Virus record (IMG/VR): IMGVR_UViG_3300044994_000320
Location: 1-64,000 of that record
From: a virus
Direction: 5' to 3' (one strand)
DNA: 64,000 bases
Position 1 is the first letter of the stretch; every line of letters begins with the position of its first letter. Shown piece by piece: positions 36,526 through 46,100 of this stretch. The notes under the pieces were generated by a model, which saw only the letters and a list, made by a program, of their open reading frames with translations, was not told the origin of the DNA and did no database searches. A program made the position numbers and the translations under genes.

Positions 36526-36795
36526 ATGCCAGCGTATATAGATGAACCGAGAGCAATCCCCCGTGATCCTTTTAATGCTCCAAACTATGATTTTTCTGTT
36601 CCTATCGATCACCCGTTACTTATTCGTGAGGAAATCGATAAAAATGCGTCCGGTGAAGTAGTTCGTTGGCGCAAAATATATGAAACATCTTCGACTGACT
36701 CAACCCCTAGAACCTTTCAAAAAGTCATCGACCCTGGCTCCGGCGACACTGCGGTAGCGACTACAGTTATTGTCTATCCTTGGGTGGAGATTTAA
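36526..36795 (+). CDS. Small fibre-associated protein, paralog A
   Basis: PIDH.LLI..VRW..IY.TS.TD.TP.T.QK.I.PG.G..VATTV.VYPW shared with 41125..41415. Confidence 0.75.
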   Translation: MPAYIDEPRAIPRDPFNAPNYDFSVPIDHPLLIREEIDKNASGEVVRWRKIYETSSTDSTPRTFQKVIDPGSGDTAVATTVIVYPWVEI

Positions 36796-36796
36796 T

Positions 36797-39700
36797 ATGG
36801 GCCCAGGAGCAGCTTTTTATCAGCAGGTTCTTTTCCCAGGTCCTTCCGATACTGCGGAAAATGTAGGTACAGGCGCGAGTGTTTTTAGAAACAAGATTAA
36901 TCGGCGCTTTTATTTTAGGTCGCTAAAATCGCAAACTTCTGCACTCGTAATTTCTGTTGTTGGCGATGAAGTGCAGTTTACCTTAAATTTCCCGCCAATG
37001 CTTAACTACAAAGGCAGTTGGAACGCTAACACGAATTCTCCTGATCTCACTACGGGTTCTCATGCTGTCGGTGATGCCTACGATGTGTCTGTTGCTGGTA
37101 CAACAAACCTCGATGGCATTTCTGATTGGGAAGTTGGTGATCTGGTTGTGCGTTTCGATACAGGTTCTGGCCAAGCATGGAAAAAATTTGATAATACTGA
37201 TAAGATTATTTCTGTAAATGGCCAAGTCGGTGCTGTAGCTTTAACTACAGATGACATTCCTGAAGGCGCAAACAAGTATTACGATGACGCACTTGTCTCT
37301 GCAAATACTGATGTAGCTGCCAACACCGCTGCGCGTCACGTTCATTCCAATTTTGCGCTGCTTGAAACTTATACGCAAACAAATGCTAATATTGCAGACG
37401 CAGTTACAAAAAGGCACACTCACGCTAATCTTGCTCTGCTTCACAGTTATTCACAAACAGAAGCCGATCTTGCTGATGCTGTTAATAAGAAACACACGCA
37501 CTCAAATTACGCGCTTTTAGAAACTTATACAGTTTCAAATGCAAATATCGAAGCGGCTTATACTCACTCTCAGGCAGGTATTAGTGCGCATTCCGATGTA
37601 GATACCGAAACCACCCCGCCTACAGACGGGCAAGCTCTCGTTTGGTATGATACAGAAAGCAAGTGGAAGCCAGGAACAATTTCAGGTGGCAGTGGCCATG
37701 TAATTCAAGATGAAGGTTCCCCTTTAACTCAGCGATCAGCACTTGATTTTGTTGGGGCTGGAGTTACTCTTACTGACGACCCTGTAAATGATAAGACGAT
37801 TGTGTCAATATCTGGCGGTAGCGGTGGAACATCCAATATCGCTATCTACGATCCAGATATTGCAGCTACGGTTGACAATCGTTACAAGACATGGGCAGAG
37901 GTTATGGCCGCAGTTTCATCATGGGGGCCGGTAGGTGGTGAGATTGTAGTGCATAAGGTCGGTCTTTTTCAGAATGCTGCCGTTCCGGATGGAACGTATG
38001 ATTTATCTAATGTTTCTATTGTTTCTTCGAATGCTTCTATTGTTCCCGGCCTATCCTTTGCTGATGGTACTACGCTATCTGGTTTTCCGCGGCTACTTGA
38101 AGGTGTACGAATCTTAAATAACAATACTTCTGCTCCACTGTATACTGTAAGTAGTTTTGGTCTTTTAGTGATTAGAGACTCTTCTGTGGTTAATGCTAGC
38201 AGTGCAACGCATGCAGCTATCCACTTATCCTCTGGCTCTAACCTTACTTGTTCTGTTCATACAGGGATAAGTCCTTTCTTTAAGGAAAGTGGTGGGAGTG
38301 AGCCTATCTTTTGTGAAGGTTCTTTGTCTTTAGATATATGGAGAGTCCCAGAAAGCTCTTTTTTTTCTCAAAACGACATTTTCTCCAATGGTCTTTCAGG
38401 CAACGGTGTAATTTACATTAACTCTCGTGTGCTAGTTTCTGGCGGATACGTTGCTACGCATACTAACTTTGATGGAACACTCAATGTGCTTCAACGATAC
38501 GAAGAACGCGTTAATGAATTGATTGGTAATAAAACAGAAGAGGTTTTCTATTTCAACCCTGATTTGGCTCCGGGTGGAAATCTTTACGACAATTTCGATA
38601 ACCTCGCAAACGCTATCGCAAGTTCCACGAGCCAGTCAATTATCGTGTATTTTAATCTTGAAAATGGCGCTTACTATGTGCCAACGCCTAATACTTACGA
38701 TTTTAGTAGATGCGTATTCAAAAACATCAGCCGTGTAGATACGAATGCCACTCTCGATTTCCCTGATGGCACAACAATAACACAATGGCCGATAGATTGT
38801 GAAATTTCTATGATTTTTCATAATTATACTGCGCCAGTTTCACAGACTTCAGGCATTTACAAAAACGCAAGATTTTCTAAAAAGGCAGCGATAGACAATT
38901 CTGGATCTCAACCTGTTTTTAGGGCTTCTAATAATGGGGATAATTTTGAAATAATCTTAACAGAAGAATCCAGATGCAATAATGGTACGCTCTTTCACGC
39001 GGCTTCGGCAAATAGTGCAATCAGAATTAAACTATTTGATTACGCAAGGATTGGTAATGTTTTTACTTCAGTTTCAGGTTCTATGATCGCTATAGAAGAT
39101 CATACGCTTGTTGATGGTGGAGCAGATATTTCTAGTTATGGATCTGGAACACTGTATTATGATAATCCAGGTGAAGAAAGAATTAGTCAAGTTTCGGATC
39201 AACGTCTTGCAGATATTACTTGGAGAATATCGGACACAACGAATAAAAGCCTTCGTTTGTTTGCTGGCAGCTCCACACAGCTTTTAAGTAACTTAGCTAT
39301 TTCTCAAATAGGCCCACAAGGTCCGTATTTTCCTAGGAAATTTGGTTTTTATTCGAACCTTACTGGCTTAACTACATTACACGGTATTTATCCCGGTATA
39401 GCCACCTACATTGCCGATGGAATGGTGATTGTTCTGGAAAACATACAACAAGATGCAACAGTAGGAACTCTGGCTATTGAAATGAAGCACAACTCTGTTA
39501 GCGGAATAAGTAATGGAAAAATCTTTACTCAAGATGGTCACAGCTTGTGGCTTTACCAAAACGATAAAGTAAAATTGCGCTATAACAATAATGCTTCTTT
39601 CGGACCGATAGGATGGCATGTGATTGCCGTAGAAAGAGCCAATAGCTTTTATTCTGGAGCTGTTGCAGGCATTACATGGACCGCTACAGTTAACCCGACA

Positions 39701-40027
39701 GTGCTTGACGCAGAATACAAACTACGCTTTGAAGGAGGATACTGCTATTTAGATGCGTATATTCAGTGCAATGGTACAAGTGGTACGAATATTACGCAAA
39801 TTATTTTCAACATGCCTCAAGGAACTCCAAAATCAGGCGGTCCTCTAGGCACCGGACGAATTGGTACGTTAGTAAATCAAGGTGCAGACTACTTAACTGG
39901 TTTTACCTCTGCTTGTATTGCGCACGCCGGAGATGAAGCTATTCAAGCGGCGTTTCCAGCAATCAGTAACCCAGAGTTTTTAAGATTCAGTATGATTATT
40001 CCGTTAGATGGACCTCCAGTTCCATAA
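36797..40027 (+). CDS. Long tail fibre / receptor-binding protein
   Basis: YKGSWNA, ISVNGQVGAV.L, HxH repeats, DGQALVW...KWKP fibre motifs. Confidence 0.8.
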   Translation: MGPGAAFYQQVLFPGPSDTAENVGTGASVFRNKINRRFYFRSLKSQTSALVISVVGDEVQFTLNFPPMLNYKGSWNANTNSPDLTTGSHAVGDAYDVSVAGTTNLDGISDWEVGDLVVRFDTGSGQAWKKFDNTDKIISVNGQVGAVALTTDDIPEGANKYYDDALVSANTDVAANTAARHVHSNFALLETYTQTNANIADAVTKRHTHANLALLHSYSQTEADLADAVNKKHTHSNYALLETYTVSNANIEAAYTHSQAGISAHSDVDTETTPPTDGQALVWYDTESKWKPGTISGGSGHVIQDEGSPLTQRSALDFVGAGVTLTDDPVNDKTIVSISGGSGGTSNIAIYDPDIAATVDNRYKTWAEVMAAVSSWGPVGGEIVVHKVGLFQNAAVPDGTYDLSNVSIVSSNASIVPGLSFADGTTLSGFPRLLEGVRILNNNTSAPLYTVSSFGLLVIRDSSVVNASSATHAAIHLSSGSNLTCSVHTGISPFFKESGGSEPIFCEGSLSLDIWRVPESSFFSQNDIFSNGLSGNGVIYINSRVLVSGGYVATHTNFDGTLNVLQRYEERVNELIGNKTEEVFYFNPDLAPGGNLYDNFDNLANAIASSTSQSIIVYFNLENGAYYVPTPNTYDFSRCVFKNISRVDTNATLDFPDGTTITQWPIDCEISMIFHNYTAPVSQTSGIYKNARFSKKAAIDNSGSQPVFRASNNGDNFEIILTEESRCNNGTLFHAASANSAIRIKLFDYARIGNVFTSVSGSMIAIEDHTLVDGGADISSYGSGTLYYDNPGEERISQVSDQRLADITWRISDTTNKSLRLFAGSSTQLLSNLAISQIGPQGPYFPRKFGFYSNLTGLTTLHGIYPGIATYIADGMVIVLENIQQDATVGTLAIEMKHNSVSGISNGKIFTQDGHSLWLYQNDKVKLRYNNNASFGPIGWHVIAVERANSFYSGAVAGITWTATVNPTVLDAEYKLRFEGGYCYLDAYIQCNGTSGTNITQIIFNMPQGTPKSGGPLGTGRIGTLVNQGADYLTGFTSACIAHAGDEAIQAAFPAISNPEFLRFSMIIPLDGPPVP

Positions 40028-40067
40028 TGCTTTACAGGTGACGCCCAAGATTACTAAGGAGTAAATT

Positions 40068-40805
40068 ATGACGCAGCTTTTAGTCACACTTATGAATTTC
40101 TTGTGGCCGCTGTTAAAAGGTGTTTTTTCTAAAACAGCGCTGCTAAGAAACCAAAATGGGTGGAACACCCAAGAATCCGAAGATCGCGCAAAAAAGATTT
40201 CAAAAGAAGAGGTTTTACAGAAAGTAGGTAAAAAAGCAGAAGAGCCTACGTCTTTAACATGGCCTACCAAGCGCGTACCGATTGTTGTTACTTCCAATTT
40301 TGGGTGGCGCATTTTGAAACCAAACGGCGTAGAGAAGCGTGTGTGGCACGCTGGTGTAGACTTTCGCTCTTTCGATAACCCCGATATTATCGCTTGCGAA
40401 GACGCAGTCGTCAAAAAGGTCGTCGTTCCAGATACGCAATACCCTGTGCGATTTCAGCGTGTTAATGGTGTATGGAAAGAAATTGCGCCTAAAGATCGTG
40501 CATGGACTCCGTATCTCGTGTTAATTGGCAAGAAGTCCAACAATATGTATGTGTACCGCCATGTCTCGGTTATACCAAGCCTCAAGCCCGGGGATTCAGT
40601 TACCTGCGGACAAGTTTTAGGGCGCACAGGAAATTTAGGGTATAGCATGGGAGAGCATCTGCATTTTGAGGTCTATGATTTCGATGAGCGCAATCAAACC
40701 TGGAAGTCACCAGAAGACCCGTTAAAATTTTTCAAAAAAGCCGGGTTGAAACAAGAGATCGAACATCAAGTCTCTGTCCCGGAATCTTTTTTCTTGGAGG
40801 ATTAA
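40068..40805 (+). CDS. M23 family peptidase (putative endolysin)
   Basis: HAGVDF (HxxxD), Y.H, GNLGYS.GEHLHFEV (HxH). Confidence 0.9.
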   Translation: MTQLLVTLMNFLWPLLKGVFSKTALLRNQNGWNTQESEDRAKKISKEEVLQKVGKKAEEPTSLTWPTKRVPIVVTSNFGWRILKPNGVEKRVWHAGVDFRSFDNPDIIACEDAVVKKVVVPDTQYPVRFQRVNGVWKEIAPKDRAWTPYLVLIGKKSNNMYVYRHVSVIPSLKPGDSVTCGQVLGRTGNLGYSMGEHLHFEVYDFDERNQTWKSPEDPLKFFKKAGLKQEIEHQVSVPESFFLED

Positions 40806-40806
40806 A

Positions 40807-41121
40807 ATGGAAGAACAAAAAAGGAATATCGTATCACGCATTTTAGCGGCCTTTTGGCACGCCTTCTTTACAGACGCAAAAAACCAGTTTTCAACGCGCA
40901 AAACTTTTGCGTTAATCTTTGTGAGTTTAGCTATTGTAGAAAAAGTCTGCCTTGTCTTTTTCCCGGCTCACCACTTTATGGTTTTTTTGCAAGCTAAAGG
41001 TTTCAGTGACGCTGTTTTGATTGCTTTACAAGCATCTCTCGATGCAGTTGCCATGATTTCTCTCAGCGTTTATGGTGTTAAAGCCGCTTTAGACGCAAAA
41101 AGTCAAACATCTCAAGGTTAA
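40807..41121 (+). CDS. Putative holin
   Basis: Small, 2 TM helices, directly after peptidase. Confidence 0.55.
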   Translation: MEEQKRNIVSRILAAFWHAFFTDAKNQFSTRKTFALIFVSLAIVEKVCLVFFPAHHFMVFLQAKGFSDAVLIALQASLDAVAMISLSVYGVKAALDAKSQTSQG

Positions 41122-41124
41122 GCA

Positions 41125-41415
41125 ATGCCAGGGCCTAATGATCTACCACCTTTAGCGTCAAAGGACACGCCCTTTGTCCATATGCATGATAAGCTGGGGC
41201 ACCCTATTCTTGATATAATACCTGTAGATCATGCCCTGCTTATTTACGAGCGCCTACACTACAATAGCCAAAAGGATATGGTTCGTTGGGAACGCGTGTA
41301 CAAGACATCAGAAACCGACCCTACACCGATTACTTATCAAAAGCGCATAATTCCTGGAAACGGTAATGAGACTGTCGCCACAACCGTAACTGTCTATCCA
41401 TGGGAGAGAATATAG
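41125..41415 (+). CDS. Small fibre-associated protein, paralog B
   Basis: Paralog of 36526..36795. Confidence 0.75.
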   Translation: MPGPNDLPPLASKDTPFVHMHDKLGHPILDIIPVDHALLIYERLHYNSQKDMVRWERVYKTSETDPTPITYQKRIIPGNGNETVATTVTVYPWERI

Positions 41416-42222
41416 GTGTTTAATTACCTGTGGATACATGTTGGCTCAAAGCTTTCGGGCTCCATCTCTGGTGGGTCAGCAGTCATTGTTTTAGGTGAAT
41501 ACAATACCTATGCCGAGTTACCGCCAGCAGACGCTACGAATAACCAGCATATCGCCAAAGTTTTAACGACTACAGGCATTATCGGTATAAATCGGCGCGT
41601 AAAAGGTTGGTATATCAGTAACGGCGTTACCTGGGAAAAGTATGAAACAGATCAAGAAGGCATTGATGCGATAACTTCTCATGAGGCTCTTTACGCGCAC
41701 GATCAAATTGCTCTAAATTCCGCTGCCAGGCATTCTCATGCCAATAAAGCGCTACTCGATACATATGACCAAACAAACGCCGACCTTTTAGACGCGGTTT
41801 CAAAAAAGCATTTGCAGAACACCGATACCCATACAAGCTCTGCGTCTTTTCAGCTACAGCCAGGTAACGGCCCTATTCTTAAAAACGTAGGCGGCGAATT
41901 ACAGTTGCGCAATTATTTGGACTTGATTTACGGAAATTTACGTGTCGGCTCTGTGTACTACGACGGGGATCTCGTAGGCCCCTTGCGGGATTCTTACTTG
42001 GAAATTTCACGTACCAGCGGCTTGGTTTCTTCGGCCATACTCTGGACTTCGGCGGCAAAAGTGCAAAAAATCCGCGAAATAAACGTCACGCGTTCTGGCT
42101 CTACCGTAATACAGGTTCAGCATAAAGAGTACGATAAAGCTGGATTTTTAGTGAAAACCTACGATGGAACATTATCACGCTCTAGTGGTCAGATTGTTAG
42201 TGTTACAGGGGTTGAATCATGA
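41416..42222 (+). CDS. Short fibre-like protein
   Basis: Shares ARHSHAN.ALL.TY.QT.ADL.DAV.KKH unit with the long fibre. Confidence 0.7.
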   Translation: MFNYLWIHVGSKLSGSISGGSAVIVLGEYNTYAELPPADATNNQHIAKVLTTTGIIGINRRVKGWYISNGVTWEKYETDQEGIDAITSHEALYAHDQIALNSAARHSHANKALLDTYDQTNADLLDAVSKKHLQNTDTHTSSASFQLQPGNGPILKNVGGELQLRNYLDLIYGNLRVGSVYYDGDLVGPLRDSYLEISRTSGLVSSAILWTSAAKVQKIREINVTRSGSTVIQVQHKEYDKAGFLVKTYDGTLSRSSGQIVSVTGVES

Positions 42223-42851
42223 TTCAATTCATTATCGGAGAAGTCGAAGCGCTTTTACGCGACGCTCTCGGTAATTTTCTTACATCAAAAGACGAAGGCT
42301 TGGGTGTGCGCTCCCTCGATGTAAATTTACGTTCAAGGGCTTTACCCGCAACGTATCGCGCCGCTTTCGCGTCTCTTGCAACGTACACGGTAAATGCGGG
42401 AACAAATGGAGACTTAATTACCCTTTTAGGTAGTGCGTCTAAAACAGTCAAGATTCACAAAGTCTTGATTAGTGGTAACGGCTCTACGGCGCAACAAGGT
42501 TCAGTTAACCTTATCCTGCGTTCTACGGCTGATACGGGCGGTACAAGTTCCCCGATCGCCGCCGTACCTTTGGATAGTAGCAATGCCGCAGCAACCGCGG
42601 TCGCGCGCTCATATACGTCCGCTCCAATACAAGGAACCGCTGTAGGTACACTTGCGTCTATTCGGAAACTTTTCCCATTGGCTAGTTCAGCCACTCTTTC
42701 GGGCGATGTTGCTCTTTTTGACTCTTTTAGAGAGCATGTGCAACCTATTACGTTAAGGGGAAATTCTGAACAGCTTTGCATTAACTTAAGTAATACGTCC
42801 GGTAATTTCGCCCCTACTCTTAGTGGTTTTATCGAATTTACGGAGGAATAA
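42219..42851 (+). CDS. Putative structural protein
   Basis: Ser/Thr/Ala-rich beta protein in virion module. Confidence 0.6.
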   Translation: MIQFIIGEVEALLRDALGNFLTSKDEGLGVRSLDVNLRSRALPATYRAAFASLATYTVNAGTNGDLITLLGSASKTVKIHKVLISGNGSTAQQGSVNLILRSTADTGGTSSPIAAVPLDSSNAAATAVARSYTSAPIQGTAVGTLASIRKLFPLASSATLSGDVALFDSFREHVQPITLRGNSEQLCINLSNTSGNFAPTLSGFIEFTEE

Positions 42852-43468
42852 TGATAGAGATTTCAAAATCTTGGTCTCAGCTAAAAAATATCCTTACGTA
42901 CAATAACTTATATTTTGATTTTGACGACTCTGATGATGGTTCTCGTCGAGTAATCTACTGTCAAAGAAATGCTTATATTGTTTACGTTTGTGGCATGGAC
43001 TTAGTTGAAAACCCGGCTCAAGGTTCAGATCAATTTGATTTTGAGCAAAATTGGATGGCAAAAGCTGGAGAAAAAAAGTATATCTATTATTCTAAAGCTT
43101 TTGATGTGGTTCTCACAGATGGGTTATTTATAGCCGATTTCAAATTAAAAGCAAACGATGAAACCACCGATGTAGAGGCCTTTTTGTACCAAGGCTCTTT
43201 GGACATAGGCGAAGGCGCAGTTCGAGGCGATTCTATCGAAGTCCAGGTTATTGACCTCGACAATGTACTGGGTCATGGCTACGGTACCGTGTTGGGTTGG
43301 GTTGTTCGAAAAAAGATTCTTTCAGGGGCGCAGTTTGTGCGTATACGCCCACCACAGTACGACTTTCTTTCAAGTAAAAGAAAGCTTCCACAGGGAGTGT
43401 ACCTGAGACTTCGATATATTGGACAAGGTGAACCGAGCATAATTGCCGATTACGAATACGAATACTGA
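42851..43468 (+). CDS. Hypothetical protein
   Basis: GGAGG RBS, coupled ORF. Confidence 0.65.
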   Translation: MIEISKSWSQLKNILTYNNLYFDFDDSDDGSRRVIYCQRNAYIVYVCGMDLVENPAQGSDQFDFEQNWMAKAGEKKYIYYSKAFDVVLTDGLFIADFKLKANDETTDVEAFLYQGSLDIGEGAVRGDSIEVQVIDLDNVLGHGYGTVLGWVVRKKILSGAQFVRIRPPQYDFLSSKRKLPQGVYLRLRYIGQGEPSIIADYEYEY

Positions 43469-43476
43469 GGTAACAC

Positions 43477-44010
43477 ATGGAAACGCACAGTTTAATCGTG
43501 ATTCCTTTTCAACTGATCTTTTCAATTTTCCTTGTTCGCGCCGTTTTTAGTCGCGTAGATTGTGTTACTTATGTTTTGATCTGTATTGCGCTCGCTGTCG
43601 ATTTTATCGGCATGTTTATTCCAGACTTTTTGCCTCTATCTTCTTTTTTGCTTATCTTCGCTTTTTTACGCTATTACGATAAAGGAAACTGGGCAAAAGT
43701 TTATGCTCTTGGGTTTAACTTTTTTATGTACCTTATTTACTCAAAGATTCCTATGGGGGCATATTTCGTCACCGCTGTAAATTACTATGTCGCTTACACA
43801 GTTATGCAATCTACAGAAGAGAATGAGATTTTCATTAAGAACATCCTCTATTACGCAAGCTTAAGACATCTTTCGATTGTTGCCGGGTACTGGCTTGCTT
43901 CGAAAATAATGTTCGCTTACGTTGCAGAGTTTTTTTCTGTTGTAGTCGTATATTACATGATCCGCGCGATCATGTATTACAAGAGGCAAAATGGCGATAA
44001 AAAAGAATAA
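43477..44010 (+). CDS. Polytopic membrane protein
   Basis: About 6-7 hydrophobic segments. Confidence 0.7.
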   Translation: METHSLIVIPFQLIFSIFLVRAVFSRVDCVTYVLICIALAVDFIGMFIPDFLPLSSFLLIFAFLRYYDKGNWAKVYALGFNFFMYLIYSKIPMGAYFVTAVNYYVAYTVMQSTEENEIFIKNILYYASLRHLSIVAGYWLASKIMFAYVAEFFSVVVVYYMIRAIMYYKRQNGDKKE

Positions 44011-44206
44011 CGCATACGATCTTCTTGCATATCGTGTTGATCAACTCGAAGAAAAAGACAAAATTCACGAAGAGTTTATTGAAAAAATTCGCGAAGAACA
44101 AAACGCAATTAAGATTGAAGTTATGCGTATGGCTACTAAGATAGCCGTTGTAGGGAGTCTTTTAGGCTCTATCGGTACGTATATGCTACAAAAATTCTGG
44201 AAGTAA
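43991..44206 (+). CDS. Coiled-coil + C-terminal TM protein (XhlA/holin-like)
   Basis: RVDQLEE coiled coil then one TM helix. Confidence 0.6.
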   Translation: MAIKKNNAYDLLAYRVDQLEEKDKIHEEFIEKIREEQNAIKIEVMRMATKIAVVGSLLGSIGTYMLQKFWK

Positions 44207-44209
44207 CCC

Positions 44210-45043
44210 ATGAAAGTATGTTTAATCCTCTCCGGCGGAGGTTCAAACGGTATCGTTCAGGTAGGCTACTGTAAGTATTTCGCCGAAAAAAACGTTCAAT
44301 TTGAAGTTATTACCGGCACGTCTACGGGAGCTTTACAAGGCGCAATGTACGCACAAAATCGATTCGACGAGCTAATGAAAATCTGGTACTCCATAGGTAG
44401 CCACAAGGACATCTACAGGCACCATTTTCCGTTCTCATTTTTGCAAGGTATTTTTAAGAAGTCTTTGTACTCCGCTGCGCCGCTAAGAAATAAAATCGAC
44501 GCTTTTGTTGATGTAGATGTTTTGATCAAATCGCGCCAAAGATTCATTTCGTGTTCTACGAATATCACTACTCAGAAAGTGCATTACGTGGAGTCCACTG
44601 AAGACAACCGCCATCTGATTAAAGATTTCATCTATGCCTCTGCTGCTTTTCCCCTTGCTTTTGAGCCAGTACAAAAAAACGGAGAGTATTTTTGGGATGG
44701 CGGGTTGGTAGAGCCTATACCAGTTAAACGCGCAGTAGAGGCGTGCCCAGATGCGGATCTTTATATCATCGGTCTAACCAACCCGGTGTACGAAGTACCC
44801 AAAAAAGATTTCGGCAAAACCATTTTAGGTTTTACCTTTCGAGCTATAGAAAGCATGTTTCAAGAAATCTGGGAAAACGACATCGAAAAAGGTCAGAAGT
44901 ATTGGGTAGATTCTAAGTTTGTTCTACTCTCGCCAGACTATCCGCCGTTTCCATCTTCACTTGAATGGTATCCTAACATGTACGATGATAAAATCGCTCT
45001 TGGGTATAACATCGCGCGAAATGTGCTCCAAGGAGTTTTATGA
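44210..45043 (+). CDS. Patatin-like phospholipase
   Basis: LSGGGSNG, GTSTG (GxSxG), ASAAFP, WDGG motifs. Confidence 0.93.
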   Translation: MKVCLILSGGGSNGIVQVGYCKYFAEKNVQFEVITGTSTGALQGAMYAQNRFDELMKIWYSIGSHKDIYRHHFPFSFLQGIFKKSLYSAAPLRNKIDAFVDVDVLIKSRQRFISCSTNITTQKVHYVESTEDNRHLIKDFIYASAAFPLAFEPVQKNGEYFWDGGLVEPIPVKRAVEACPDADLYIIGLTNPVYEVPKKDFGKTILGFTFRAIESMFQEIWENDIEKGQKYWVDSKFVLLSPDYPPFPSSLEWYPNMYDDKIALGYNIARNVLQGVL

Positions 45044-45306
45044 GCTTATCAAGTATATGGAATAACCTCAAAGCCATTCCGAAAGCTGTATGGGTATTTT
45101 TAGCTGGTGCGGCCGCAAGTTTAATTTTGTATTTTAAGTTTCGCGGAAAACCTTCTAGTCAAGGCGCTCCAGATCCGAATATTGATAGAGTAGGTATCGA
45201 CGGTTGGAAGAAAGCTGAGTCAGATAAGAAAAAGCCTGTGGTAGAAAATCCGCTGACTGAGGAAGAGATAAATGCCGGTGAAAAGCATATTCGCGGTCTT
45301 GATTAG
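45040..45306 (+). CDS. Single-TM protein (spanin-like position)
   Basis: N-terminal TM; overlaps downstream lipoprotein-like gene. Confidence 0.55.
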   Translation: MSLSSIWNNLKAIPKAVWVFLAGAAASLILYFKFRGKPSSQGAPDPNIDRVGIDGWKKAESDKKKPVVENPLTEEEINAGEKHIRGLD

Positions 45307-45769
45307 TTTTGTTTCTCTCGACTGTGCTTCTCGGGTAGTGCAAGCCTCTACCTTGCCTTTGTCTGAACCCTCGCCTGTATCTTCGCCTACGTCCGCGAAA
45401 ATCCAAAGCTGTCTTTCTTCTGAAGAAAAAACGCGCATTCTTAAAGCCTATGAAATGGCTCGATATTACAAGTATTATGACTCTCTGGTAAAAGGCCAGG
45501 ACAGTATCGAAATTGTCGAGGTAGAAAAACTCGAAGATGTGGTTGTTGCCGATTACGAGTATAGGGCCATCTTTAGGATGGTTTTGCGTATTCGGATTGA
45601 CGACGCGACATTTGACCGGACATTCACCATACCTATATTCTATTCCAGAAAAGAAGCGCCTGACGCCCCAAAAGGGGTATGGGCTAAAGTAAAAGCTGAT
45701 TTCTGGAAATTCGGAACAGGATTCGCATTAGGAACTCTCACAGGTATAGGTATTTGTGCAGCAAAATAA
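45272..45769 (+). CDS. Putative lipoprotein with C-terminal TM (spanin candidate)
   Basis: Signal peptide ending SLDC and C-terminal FGTGFALGTLTGIGIC helix. Confidence 0.55.
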   Translation: MPVKSIFAVLISFVSLDCASRVVQASTLPLSEPSPVSSPTSAKIQSCLSSEEKTRILKAYEMARYYKYYDSLVKGQDSIEIVEVEKLEDVVVADYEYRAIFRMVLRIRIDDATFDRTFTIPIFYSRKEAPDAPKGVWAKVKADFWKFGTGFALGTLTGIGICAAK

Positions 45770-45781
45770 CGGAGGCCAAAA

Positions 45782-46096
45782 ATGGCAGAAGAAAATGAAA
45801 ACACAGCGAGTACCGGTTCTGAAAAAGAAGGAAACGTCGCAGGTAAAAATCCAGAAAAAAGTGCAGCTCCAAAGATTGAGCCCAAGAAAGGTGCCGTCAA
45901 GTCGCTGGACAAGGACGCAGAAAAACCAGTCGGGTGTCAAATCGGCACCGCAGGAGTCACCGCCGTCATACCCAAAGATGAAAAAAGCCAAAAAGAGTTT
46001 CGGTGCAACCATTGTGGGAAAACTCTCGGAAATGACTGGCCGCACAAAGTCACAGGAATAGGTCAACCCGCCGGTTGCCCAAAAGCAGTGAAGTAG
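45782..46096 (+). CDS. Hypothetical protein with C-terminal CxxC..H..C
   Basis: GGAGG RBS. Confidence 0.6.
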   Translation: MAEENENTASTGSEKEGNVAGKNPEKSAAPKIEPKKGAVKSLDKDAEKPVGCQIGTAGVTAVIPKDEKSQKEFRCNHCGKTLGNDWPHKVTGIGQPAGCPKAVK

Positions 46097-46100
46097 CGTT

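Noticed and set aside
36526-42222. Diversity-generating retroelement or invertible fibre cassette
   Set aside because: No reverse transcriptase, invertase or near-identical TR/VR pair seen; duplications are diverged at protein level
45756-46061. Alternative + frame 101-aa ORF
   Set aside because: Overlaps 45782..46096, which has a GGAGG RBS and a Cys/His motif
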